A DNA stretch of 64,000 nt from Halothiobacillaceae bacterium UBA5861 (GTDB lineage Bacteria; Pseudomonadota; Gammaproteobacteria; UBA5861): the NCBI GenBank assembly GCA_002432635.1, contig DJFX01000047.1, positions 146,555-210,554 on the forward strand, read 5' to 3'. Position numbers and translations under genes: made by a program. Numbering within the stretch: the stretch's first letter is position 1; each line of letters begins with the position of its first letter. Below are positions 9,483 to 18,793 of this stretch, in pieces. The notes beneath the pieces are model-generated. The model had not been told where the DNA came from. It saw only the letters and a list, made by a program, of their open reading frames with translations, and searched no databases.

Positions 9483-10640
9483 CTACAATGCAGCTTCAGT
9501 CCCTAAAATATTGGTAATCTGGGAAGATAAAACACCCCCATTACCATGACATAACGCAATTTCAGCACCTTCCACCTGGCGCTCACCACACTCACCCCGC
9601 AGCTGTCGGATAGCCTCAACCAATGTGAACATACCGTACATTCCTGGGTGAACACAGGAGAGTCCTCCGCCATTGGTGTTGACAGGAAGGCTGCCTCCGG
9701 GCGCAATCGCGCCGCTCTCCACAAAAGCACCGCCCTCTCCTTTTTTGACAAAGCCCAGATCCTCCAGAAACATAATGGTATTGATTGTGAATGCATCATA
9801 AAGTTGAACCACATCAATATCTTTATGAGCCACACCTGCCATTTCCATTGCGCGAGGGCCCGAGTCAGCCGCAGCCGACTCCGCAAGATCAGGCATCGCA
9901 AGAATATTCATGTGCCAGGTTGCCGCCGCACCGCCGAGCAAATACACCGGCTTTTTCGGCAGGTCCTTAGCTCGCTCTGCAGAAACCATCACCAAGGCAG
10001 CGCCACCGTCTGTCACCAGACAACAATCGCGGACACTTAACGGGCTGGATACCATCCGCGAGGCCAGAACGTCTTCGATGGTTAATGGATCTCGCATAAA
10101 GGCATCCGGATTCATTTCAGCCCACTTACGCGCAGCGACTGCAACATGAGCGAGCTGCTCACGAGTTGTGCCATATTCATGCATATGGCGCGAAGCGGCT
10201 AACGCATAGGACGTAGCTGGAAACAGCGGTTTGTAATCAGCCTCATAAGTGAATGGTTTAACGGAAGAAACGAGTTTACCCGATGCAGAACGTTGATTAC
10301 TGCCATAGAAAATCAACGCGGTATCACATAGACCTTCTTTAATTGCCATTGCAGCCATTAAGGTGTGCGACAAAAAGGTAGAACCACCTGTCCGGTTATT
10401 ATCGGTAAACTTGGGTTTAATCCCCATCATTTCCGCCAGTAGTAAACCCGACAGAGGGCTACAATCGCCCGGTAGAGCGCCAAACACAGCATCCACATCT
10501 TGTGTTGTTAATCCCGCTTCCGCCAGCGCTTTGTAGCTTGCTTGCAGTGCAATATCTTCAGATGACATGCCAGGTGCTTCGCCTAAGCCCGCCAGTGCAG
10601 CCCCCACAAATGCGGCTGCGCCACGAATTGTATTCGCCAT
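9483..10640 (-). CDS. SCP-x/lipid-transfer-type thiolase (thiolase-like, non-FadA)
   Basis: 385 aa thiolase fold without the classical catalytic Cys context. It resembles nsLTP/SCPx thiolases that pair with DUF35 proteins. Confidence 0.8.
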   Translation of the reverse strand: MANTIRGAAAFVGAALAGLGEAPGMSSEDIALQASYKALAEAGLTTQDVDAVFGALPGDCSPLSGLLLAEMMGIKPKFTDNNRTGGSTFLSHTLMAAMAIKEGLCDTALIFYGSNQRSASGKLVSSVKPFTYEADYKPLFPATSYALAASRHMHEYGTTREQLAHVAVAARKWAEMNPDAFMRDPLTIEDVLASRMVSSPLSVRDCCLVTDGGAALVMVSAERAKDLPKKPVYLLGGAAATWHMNILAMPDLAESAAADSGPRAMEMAGVAHKDIDVVQLYDAFTINTIMFLEDLGFVKKGEGGAFVESGAIAPGGSLPVNTNGGGLSCVHPGMYGMFTLVEAIRQLRGECGERQVEGAEIALCHGNGGVLSSQITNILGTEAAL

Positions 10641-10651
10641 TTTTACACTCC

Positions 10652-11062
10652 CTACACCTGATCAAAAACAACCATTGGCTTCTCGCCAGTGGTATCTACC
10701 CGAGCTTTAACGCTCATGCCAATCTTGACTGCATTGTGATCAACACCTTCCACTCGGCTCATCATCCGCGGCCCTTCCTCAAGATCTACAAGCACCACGT
10801 TATACGGGCCGCCTTTTTCTGCCCGCCGATTAATGACGCTCACCGCATAAACGACGCCCCGCCCCGAAGGCTCCACCCAGGCCATGTCGTAGCTGCCACA
10901 ATGTGAACAAAGTGCCCGTGGATAATAAACATGGCCCTGGCAGGCATTACAGCGCTGAATACAAAATTGACCTTTTTGCAAATACTCCTGATAAACCTTA
11001 TCTGGACCGGGTTGAGTGAAAACCGGTTCATTTGCTTCTGACATCTCTATTTCTCCCAACAA
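10652..11062 (-). CDS. DUF35 OB-fold/zinc-ribbon protein, partner of the SCPx thiolase
   Basis: 136 aa. Cys4 ribbon CNACQGHVYYPRALCSHCGS followed by an OB fold. It is immediately upstream of the thiolase on the same strand. Confidence 0.75.
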   Translation of the reverse strand: MLGEIEMSEANEPVFTQPGPDKVYQEYLQKGQFCIQRCNACQGHVYYPRALCSHCGSYDMAWVEPSGRGVVYAVSVINRRAEKGGPYNVVLVDLEEGPRMMSRVEGVDHNAVKIGMSVKARVDTTGEKPMVVFDQV

Positions 11063-11071
11063 GAATCGTGG

Positions 11072-12223
11072 TTAACCCGGCAGCTGCAATACAGCCTTCG
11101 CCAAAATATTTCTCTGAATTTCATTCGTCCCGCCATAAATAGACGCTGGACGGGAAGAAAAACTTTGATTCGCTGGGTGTACACTACCGCCATCGCTTAA
11201 ACTGACCGGCGCATCGAGAACACTCGCTTCACCGCCCACTTCAACCAGCATATCTGTCACTCGTTGTGCCGCTTCGGTGATCCAGATTTTGAGCATTGAA
11301 ACTTCCGGGCCTAGTTCATCACCACGGCGTAAAACCTCTGCGAAGCGGATGAACGCCGCATCCAGATCATCAACATCGAGTGTTAACTCGGTATAACGGG
11401 CTTTGAAGACAGGGTCATCAAACAGGCCGTTATCCATGGCCAGCTGCTTCACCAGCTTAAGTGGGAAGCGTGCAATTTTAGGAGCACCAATCGTGATGCG
11501 CTCAGCCCCCAAGAGGGACTTGGCCATGGTCCAACCTTGATTGATTTTACCCACGATGTTTTCTTTGGGTACTTTGACATTATCAAAAAAGACTTCGCAA
11601 AATTCCGAATTGCCGGTGAGATTTTTAATTTTTTTAATGGTGATGCCCGGCGATTTCATATCAGCCAGCAAGAAGCTGATACCTTCCTGCTTCTTAACAT
11701 CTTTATTGGTGCGAACGAGTAAGAAAATCATATCGGCATCGTGTGCATAAGATGTCCAGATTTTCTGCCCATTCACAACAAAGTGATCTCCTTCCAGTAC
11801 GGCCGCCGTGCGCAAACCCGCCAGATCAGACCCTGCGCCTGGCTCTGAGTAACCCTGACACCAACGAATCTCACAAGACAGAATTTTCGGCAAATAAAAG
11901 GCCTTCTGTTCCTCGGTCCCGTAGCGGATTAATAAGTGCCCCAACATGGTGATACCCATATTGGGCGCACTGTTAACACCATAATTATCGAATTCTTCCT
12001 GAAAAACGAGTTGCTCATAGGGCGGCAAGCCCATGCCCCCGTATTCCTTTGGCCAGCTGGGTGCAGCCCACCCTTTTTCGTACAGTTTAAGCTGCCAGTC
12101 GTGCGTTTCCTTCAGGCTCAACCGGTGTGCTGGGAAACGCCACTTTTCAGGGAAGTTGGCCTTAAGAAACTCGCGTACTTCATTACGAAATGCTTGTTCG
12201 TTCACGTAATCACCTCTCTTCAA
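11072..12223 (-). CDS. Acyl-CoA dehydrogenase
   Basis: 383 aa ACAD fold. The C-terminal motif is IYGGTNEIQ, with Gly where the YEG catalytic Glu normally sits. Confidence 0.85.
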   Translation of the reverse strand: MKRGDYVNEQAFRNEVREFLKANFPEKWRFPAHRLSLKETHDWQLKLYEKGWAAPSWPKEYGGMGLPPYEQLVFQEEFDNYGVNSAPNMGITMLGHLLIRYGTEEQKAFYLPKILSCEIRWCQGYSEPGAGSDLAGLRTAAVLEGDHFVVNGQKIWTSYAHDADMIFLLVRTNKDVKKQEGISFLLADMKSPGITIKKIKNLTGNSEFCEVFFDNVKVPKENIVGKINQGWTMAKSLLGAERITIGAPKIARFPLKLVKQLAMDNGLFDDPVFKARYTELTLDVDDLDAAFIRFAEVLRRGDELGPEVSMLKIWITEAAQRVTDMLVEVGGEASVLDAPVSLSDGGSVHPANQSFSSRPASIYGGTNEIQRNILAKAVLQLPG

Positions 12224-12231
12224 AGATAGCG

Positions 12232-13419
12232 TTAAGCTGCGTTCGTCAATTCACCATAACGCGTACGGTGAAATGTGGCTTGACCCAGCCAAGCCGCCAA
12301 TACCATTGCCTTTTTGAGATACAAACCAATATTGCACTCATCCGTGTAACCGATTCCGCCGTGCATCTGGATACAGCTTTTGGTGACTTGCAGGGCGGCA
12401 TCAGAACATCGCGCTTTTACTTGGCTAGCGGCCTTGGCACGCGCAGCAGTATCTTCTGTTTCATCAAACGTTTTAGCCGCCTGAATTAAAACAGATCGGG
12501 ACAACTCCACCAGGATAAAAGTATCTACTGCTCGGTGCTGAAGGGCCTGAAAACTACCAATCGGCCGACCAAATTGTTCACGCTGCTTAATGTAATCCAC
12601 AGTAATTTCAAGAGCACGCGCCATAACCCCGAAAAGCTCTGCGCTCACAGCGAGGCGGGATTCTTCGATGACTCTTTCCAGGGTGGCCACCCCCGCTGTG
12701 GCAATCACGCGGTCCTTAGCAACCACCACATTGTTTAACGATAATGTGCCAAAAAAACCACCATCAACCCGTTCGTTAAACTCAACAGAAACACCTTCAG
12801 CCTCTTTATTGACCAGAAGCAAGATCGTTCTCCCTCCCGCTTTCGCTGAAATGACAAATGCATCCGCACCTCCCGCGGAGGGAATAAACAACTTTTTACC
12901 GGAAACAACATACCCGTCATCTGTCTCCTTCGCGGTGACTGCTTCTGCTTCTAAACTCATTGAGGCGATGTTTTCTTGCCAGGCAACGGCCACTTTCCAT
13001 TCACCCGCTGCCAGCTTTGGCAAGTATTCCGACTTGCAGACATCGTTTTCACCGTGAAGCAGCGCTCCGGCCCCCATAACCGCTGTCGAAACCAGGGGCT
13101 CTGGCGATAAAAAACGTCCGGACTGCTCCAGCAGATGGATAATCTCGCTGAACTTCAGATTCATACCGTCGTATTCTTCAGGCAACATGAGTCCCAGCCA
13201 TCCAAGCTCAGCCATGGATTGCCAACGCTCATCACGATAGCCCGGCTGCTGGCCTCGCTGCGCTCGTATACCTTTTAAATCACCATCATCACTAAAAAAT
13301 GATGCCGCACTGTCGCGGATCATTTGTTGTTCTTCAGTTAGTCGATCAATACGGGATTGTAGGTCTAACACGTTGAACTCCTCGTAAATTAAAATTCGCC
13401 ACGAAATTACCTGAGCCAT
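12232..13419 (-). CDS. Acyl-CoA dehydrogenase-family protein, possible partner subunit
   Basis: 395 aa ACAD fold. It lacks the canonical C-terminal YEGT-EIQ motif. It lies 8 nt upstream of the previous ACAD on the same strand. Confidence 0.8.
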   Translation of the reverse strand: MAQVISWRILIYEEFNVLDLQSRIDRLTEEQQMIRDSAASFFSDDGDLKGIRAQRGQQPGYRDERWQSMAELGWLGLMLPEEYDGMNLKFSEIIHLLEQSGRFLSPEPLVSTAVMGAGALLHGENDVCKSEYLPKLAAGEWKVAVAWQENIASMSLEAEAVTAKETDDGYVVSGKKLFIPSAGGADAFVISAKAGGRTILLLVNKEAEGVSVEFNERVDGGFFGTLSLNNVVVAKDRVIATAGVATLERVIEESRLAVSAELFGVMARALEITVDYIKQREQFGRPIGSFQALQHRAVDTFILVELSRSVLIQAAKTFDETEDTAARAKAASQVKARCSDAALQVTKSCIQMHGGIGYTDECNIGLYLKKAMVLAAWLGQATFHRTRYGELTNAA

Positions 13420-13743
13420 TCTTCATGAAGGCATGGGCAACAAGGTTAATATCTAAAAATCGCCGGGAAATCCCTTAAAACTTATTATTAATGCCGGCTT
13501 CTAGCTGAGCCAGTTTGATTTCTTTTTAACTTGCACAACAGTATTCTAAGCGGGCTAAATAGTCAATTGGGCCAAATCAAATAAGGTCCTACCATTAGCT
13601 TGTCGGTGATAGAGCGGGCAAACCCAGCCAGCGCCCCGACCGGGCGAAATCAAATAGTGTTTGATTTATAGGCTTGTTGCGATTATATTTACGCGTTGAC
13701 TTTATACGATATGATACCCATAGGATTTTAGGAGACAGGCACC

Positions 13744-14004
13744 TTGGCCAACTCACCTCAAGCGAAAAAACGCGCCCGGCAGGGAGAAAACCGCCGTCAA
13801 CACAATGCCAGCATGCGTTCAAGCATGCGTACAGCTGTGAAGAAAGTGATGTATGCAATCGAGGCTGGCAACAAAGAAAAAGCAGCTGAGGCCTATCAAG
13901 AAGCGGTACCCGCGTTAGATAGCATGGCTCGCAAAGGCCTGATCCATAAGAACAAAGCAGGTAGGCAAAAAAAGCGCATGAATGCGCAAATTAAAGCGCT
14001 ATAA
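13744..14004 (+). CDS. rpsT: 30S ribosomal protein S20
   Basis: [29 protein letters not shown] is the S20 N-terminus. The start codon is TTG, as in the E. coli rpsT UUG start. Confidence 0.9.
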   Translation: MANSPQAKKRARQGENRRQHNASMRSSMRTAVKKVMYAIEAGNKEKAAEAYQEAVPALDSMARKGLIHKNKAGRQKKRMNAQIKAL

Positions 14005-14023
14005 TTAAACTTGTTGCTTTCAA

Positions 14024-14052
14024 AAGCGCCATAAAAAGGCCAGCCCCTCGCT
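14024..14052 (+). terminator. Rho-independent terminator of rpsT
   Basis: GGCCAGC-ccctc-GCTGGCC stem followed by TTTTT. Confidence 0.6.
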
Positions 14053-14120
14053 GGCCTTTTTGCGTTATTCTGTTTAGCATTTTTAAAATAAGCCAAAACC
14101 TTTAACCTGTAAGCGAGCCA

Positions 14121-14963
14121 ATGATCTCTCCTCCTAAGTTACCCACTTTCTATATCCCTCACGGAGCGGGACCCTGCTTTTTTATGGACTGGAGCTTAGG
14201 CGCACCAGACACTTGGGACCACATGGCACAGTGGTTAAGTGTGGGTTTGCCAAAAGCCGTCGGGATAAAACCAAAGGCTTTAGTTGTATTCTCTGCGCAC
14301 TGGGAATGCAAAGCTATCCGGATTAACGGACATGCAACTCCTTCGCTTATTTACGATTACTACGGCTTTCCCGAGCAGACTTACTTGATTACTTATCCTG
14401 CACCCGGAGAGCCCGGCCTCGCTCAAGAGATCCAAAGTTTATTGATACAAGCTGGTATTACGGCTTCAATCGATGATACGCACGGCCTTGATCACGGCGT
14501 TTTCATCCCCTTAAAATTGAGCTACCCCCAAGCAGATATTCCTATTGTTCAGGTCTCCCTTAAGGAAGGACTGGATCCAGAAACGCACTTTCAACTGGGG
14601 CGAGCCCTTGAATCATTACGAGGAAAAGGTGTCTTAATCATTGGCAGTGGCATGAGCTACCACAATATGCAAATGCTGATGCAATCACCTAAAAAGAATG
14701 ATATCTCAGATCGTTTTGATGAGTGGCTTACTGAAACGTGTGCGGCATCACCCGACGCCCGGCAAAAACAATTAATGGCTTGGGAGTCAGCACCTTTTGC
14801 ACGACAGGCGCACCCACGGGAAGAACACTTACTGCCACTGATGGTTGCCGCGGGTGCGGCCAGCGAAGAACCCGGTTATTGTATTTTTACAGACCGCGTG
14901 ATGGGCGCAACCGTTTCAGCGTATCAATTTGGAGAGACACTCGACCTGGATTCACTCGATTGA
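14121..14963 (+). CDS. Class III extradiol dioxygenase, YgiD/4,5-DOPA dioxygenase-like (LigB superfamily)
   Basis: 280 aa. PHGAGP and VFSAHWE motifs are typical of YgiD-family extradiol ring-cleavage dioxygenases. Confidence 0.75.
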   Translation: MISPPKLPTFYIPHGAGPCFFMDWSLGAPDTWDHMAQWLSVGLPKAVGIKPKALVVFSAHWECKAIRINGHATPSLIYDYYGFPEQTYLITYPAPGEPGLAQEIQSLLIQAGITASIDDTHGLDHGVFIPLKLSYPQADIPIVQVSLKEGLDPETHFQLGRALESLRGKGVLIIGSGMSYHNMQMLMQSPKKNDISDRFDEWLTETCAASPDARQKQLMAWESAPFARQAHPREEHLLPLMVAAGAASEEPGYCIFTDRVMGATVSAYQFGETLDLDSLD

Positions 14964-14994
14964 ACTTCGCTTTATATCCTGCCTTTTAAAGCCA

Positions 14995-16416
14995 CTAGCT
15001 TCGTTCACTAAGCAGCTTCGACACTTTGGAAGCTCCCAAGGCTGTGAAATCAAGACATACTTTCAAACCCGGCTCATTATCACCTAAGATTAATTTCGCT
15101 TTATGCGCACCGGCAATGGCTTTGACAAGACTCAAACCCAATCCGTTACCGGCACTACTGCGCGCACCTTCAAGCCGTACCATTCTCTCCAGCACCCGGT
15201 CACGGTCGGCCGCAGGAATACCCGGACCAGTATCAGTAACGCACAGCTGAATAGTGCTCCCCTTTTTTAGTACACTCAAACTCACACAGCCATTCAATGG
15301 CGTATATTTAATCGCATTATCGAGTAAATTGCTGATTGCTTGAGCAATGAGCCGCTTATTCCCCCATACTCGGCAACCCTCATCACACTGCCAGGTGAAT
15401 TGAAGTAACTGTTCCTCTGCAGCAGCCTCGTAGAGTTCGGCCAGGTCATTCGCCACCTCATCCAACGCCACTTCAGACCAATCAATTTCATCAATACCCG
15501 ACTCAACACGCGCAATATTTAATAGCGCATTAAACGTCGCGATCAACTCCTCAGCATCTCCGATCGCACTCTGCATAACCGAACGGTACTCTTCGGTATC
15601 GCGCCCATCCAGCAACGTGACTTCCAGCCGGTTCCGTAAACGATTCAAGGGGCTGCGCAAATCGTGTGCAATGTTGTCTGTTACTTGCCGCATGCCATCC
15701 ATCAACTGCTCGATGCGACCAAGCATTAAGTTCAGCTTACTGGATAACTCATCAAACTCATCCTGCCGACTATGGACAACAAGCCGCTGGGATAAGTCTC
15801 CATCAATGATATTACCCGCTGTTGAACTGATCACATCGATTCGGCGCAATACGTTATAACCAAAAAACACTCCGATACAAAGTGCAAAAAGCAGAATCAG
15901 GCCCGTTGCGACAACCGCTGCCGAAGAAATATGACGTAACAACTCTTTTTCGGTCGAGATGTCATGCGCAATCAATAAAGTATAACCATTGGTTAAATTA
16001 GAAACGATGACCCGCATGGGCCGTTTGGCACCGGCATCCCCCGGCAGTTCGACCAAATCATCGAGCCTGAGTGAGAAAAACCGTGGCTCTGTCGAGGCCG
16101 GCCACTCCCAACGAGAAGCTGGCCCAAACAGCTGGCTGTTATCAGGTCCGGATAATAGATAGAGATTGGACCCACCCCTGTCTTCAACGTTACGTTGCTG
16201 GAGGGTCGTTAATAACGCTGGCAACGCCCGGGTGCGGTAGAGTTTGATTAAGACATCAGACTCTAGCCGCAAGCGGTTGTCTATTTGAGTCGTGACGTGG
16301 TCATCTGTTGTCCAGTAAACATAATAAAGCGACCCGGCCGAAAAGAGACTGAATGCCAAGGTTAGCAACAGAGAGAGGCGAAAAGCCGTGGTATTGCGTA
16401 AGCGTGAGAGTTTCAT
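14995..16416 (-). CDS. Two-component sensor histidine kinase (two TM helices, HAMP, HisKA, HATPase)
   Basis: H-box IAHDLRSPL, and N/G boxes (LLDNAIKYT, DTGPGI, GLGLSLV). Confidence 0.85.
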   Translation of the reverse strand: MKLSRLRNTTAFRLSLLLTLAFSLFSAGSLYYVYWTTDDHVTTQIDNRLRLESDVLIKLYRTRALPALLTTLQQRNVEDRGGSNLYLLSGPDNSQLFGPASRWEWPASTEPRFFSLRLDDLVELPGDAGAKRPMRVIVSNLTNGYTLLIAHDISTEKELLRHISSAAVVATGLILLFALCIGVFFGYNVLRRIDVISSTAGNIIDGDLSQRLVVHSRQDEFDELSSKLNLMLGRIEQLMDGMRQVTDNIAHDLRSPLNRLRNRLEVTLLDGRDTEEYRSVMQSAIGDAEELIATFNALLNIARVESGIDEIDWSEVALDEVANDLAELYEAAAEEQLLQFTWQCDEGCRVWGNKRLIAQAISNLLDNAIKYTPLNGCVSLSVLKKGSTIQLCVTDTGPGIPAADRDRVLERMVRLEGARSSAGNGLGLSLVKAIAGAHKAKLILGDNEPGLKVCLDFTALGASKVSKLLSERS

Positions 16417-16437
16417 ACCTACTCACACGATAACAGG

Positions 16438-17118
16438 TTACTCATCCCTTGCGCCAAGCGTATAGCCTGCACCACGTACAGTATGCAAAAGCGAATGGTC
16501 GAATTCTTTATCAATCTTGCCACGCAGGCGACTGATCTGCACATCAATCAAATTGGTTTGTGGATCAAATTGATAGTCCCACACGTTTTCCAGCAGCATT
16601 TTCCGCGTCACAATTTGCCCTGCATTGCGCATTAAATACTCCAGCAGGCGAAACTCTCTGGGCTGTAAATGAATGTTAACGCCATCGCGCGTAACTTTAC
16701 GCTTGAGCTGGTCCAACAGCAGGCCATCAACCTTTAGAATATTGCCATCTTGCTCGGTCTTTGCGCGACGAACCAAGGCTTGAATGCGTGCCGTCAATTC
16801 ACTGAATGAATAGGGTTTCGTGAGGTAATCATCCCCACCAGCAGACAAGCCCTTCACCCGCTCGTCAACCTGGTCAAGTGCACTGAGGATAAGTGCTGGC
16901 GTGTTAATACGCTGAGCGCGCAGGTTGGATATCACCGTTAAACCATCCAGTTTCGGCAGCATGCGGTCAACAATGAGCACATCGTATTTCTTGCTTTCCG
17001 CCTCTGATAAACCGGCTTCACCGTCTGCCGCGTGAGTGACTTGATATCCACTTTCACTCAATCCTTTGCTCAGATATTCGGCTGCGTCTAAGTCGTCTTC
17101 AATAATCAGTATGTTCAT
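16438..17118 (-). CDS. OmpR-family response regulator
   Basis: Receiver domain (MNILIIEDD...DVLIVDRMLP) with a winged-helix C-terminus. It is co-directional with the HK. Confidence 0.9.
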   Translation of the reverse strand: MNILIIEDDLDAAEYLSKGLSESGYQVTHAADGEAGLSEAESKKYDVLIVDRMLPKLDGLTVISNLRAQRINTPALILSALDQVDERVKGLSAGGDDYLTKPYSFSELTARIQALVRRAKTEQDGNILKVDGLLLDQLKRKVTRDGVNIHLQPREFRLLEYLMRNAGQIVTRKMLLENVWDYQFDPQTNLIDVQISRLRGKIDKEFDHSLLHTVRGAGYTLGARDE

Positions 17119-17264
17119 AAGCTGAATAGTATTGATTTATACAAAAAATAATATGAGCATCTTGTAATGCAATATAAAACGCCGTTTGAAGTCGTAATCC
17201 GTATCCTTATATCGTGAATAGGGTCACCTTTTACTCAATTAAAGTCTAACGAAGGAGTTCGTTC

Positions 17265-18719
17265 ATGCCAAACAACCAATGCGACAAGCAACTATGCGCA
17301 AAAGCCGTCCCGAGGCTGATTGACGGGTGGGGCCGCGCCTACCTGCTGACCACACTGATCATGATCGGCGCGCTGCTTGCGATACAGGCTGAAGCCCGTA
17401 GCTTACCCAATTACGTGGATCTCGTTGCAGAAAATGCACCGGCCGTCGTTAATATCACCTCCATCCGGAAACAAGAGCAAACAGCAGTACCTGATATACC
17501 GGACCACGAGCAATTACCCGATTTTTTTAAATACTTTTTCAGAAATTATCCGTACCAGCAGCGCCAGCCGACACAATCCTTTGGCTCTGGGTTCATCATT
17601 TCGGGCGATGGATATATCGTAACGAACGCACATGTCGTGGGCGAGGCCGACGAAGTTAGAGTGCGGTTAAATGACCGGCGCGAAATGATGGCCAGTGTTG
17701 TCGGACAGGATGTCCGAACAGACATTGCGCTTCTTAAAGTTGCCGCTAAAAATCTGCCAGCTGTCAAACTAGGCAGCACACAAAACCTTAAAGTCGGCCA
17801 GTGGGTACTTGCTATTGGCTCCCCATTTGGCTTTGACCATTCGGCCACCCAAGGCATCATCAGTGCGCTCTCCCGAAGCTTACCTGATGGCAACTATGTG
17901 CCTTTTATTCAAACCGATGTCGCCGTCAACCCAGGTAATTCGGGTGGCCCGTTGTTCAATACAGACGGCGAGGTTATTGGCGTTAACTCTCAGATCTACA
18001 CACGCTCAGGTGGGTTTATGGGCCTTTCCTTCGCCATCCCCATTGATGTGGTCAAAAATGTTACTGACCAACTCAAAGAAAACGGCCGAGTCACGCGTGG
18101 CTGGTTAGGGGTATACATTCAAGACATGGACCAGGCGTTGGCTGAGTCCTTCGGCTTGAAACGCCCACGGGGCGCGCTTGTTTCTCAAGTTTCACCCAAT
18201 AGTCCTGCTGAAAAGGCTGACCTTCAGGCCGGGGATGTCATTCTGCAATTCAATGACAAAGAGATCATTCGCTCAGGTGACTTACCACCCGCTGTAGGCG
18301 CGGTACCCGCTGGGGAAACCGCCACACTCAGTATTCTTCGCGATGGCAAAAATCTGGAGGTTAAAGTCAAAATAGGTGAATTACCCGATGACAGGGCTCC
18401 AAAGCCGAAAGCTAAGGCTAAAGATGAAAACTCGAGACTGGGTGTCACAGCAACCGACCTTACTGATGAGCAGCGCAAAGAGCTTGATATCAGTGGCGGG
18501 CGCGGAGTGGTTGTCACACAAGTGGAGCCGGGCAGTGCTGCCGATCAGGCCGGTATTGAGATCGGCGATGTCATCTTGACGTTTAATAAAGAGAACGTGA
18601 AGAGTGTAAAGCAGTTGCAAGAACAAATTCAGGGAGCCCCTGTGGATAAGCCTATCCAAGTACTTATCAATCGCGAGGGCCAGGCTCGCTTTCTGGTCGT
18701 AAAACTAAAAGGCCAATAA
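17265..18719 (+). CDS. Periplasmic serine endoprotease DegP/DegQ/MucD family, with two PDZ domains
   Basis: Signal/TM segment, catalytic triad contexts TNAHVV, DIALLKV and GNSGGPL, and two PDZ domains. It is divergent from the two-component pair. Confidence 0.9.
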   Translation: MPNNQCDKQLCAKAVPRLIDGWGRAYLLTTLIMIGALLAIQAEARSLPNYVDLVAENAPAVVNITSIRKQEQTAVPDIPDHEQLPDFFKYFFRNYPYQQRQPTQSFGSGFIISGDGYIVTNAHVVGEADEVRVRLNDRREMMASVVGQDVRTDIALLKVAAKNLPAVKLGSTQNLKVGQWVLAIGSPFGFDHSATQGIISALSRSLPDGNYVPFIQTDVAVNPGNSGGPLFNTDGEVIGVNSQIYTRSGGFMGLSFAIPIDVVKNVTDQLKENGRVTRGWLGVYIQDMDQALAESFGLKRPRGALVSQVSPNSPAEKADLQAGDVILQFNDKEIIRSGDLPPAVGAVPAGETATLSILRDGKNLEVKVKIGELPDDRAPKPKAKAKDENSRLGVTATDLTDEQRKELDISGGRGVVVTQVEPGSAADQAGIEIGDVILTFNKENVKSVKQLQEQIQGAPVDKPIQVLINREGQARFLVVKLKGQ

Positions 18720-18793
18720 CTCTGACTCGCCCCGTCTTTCAATACTGGAGTTGAAGACGGGGCACTCACACACAGATATTCCGTTTTAAAAGC

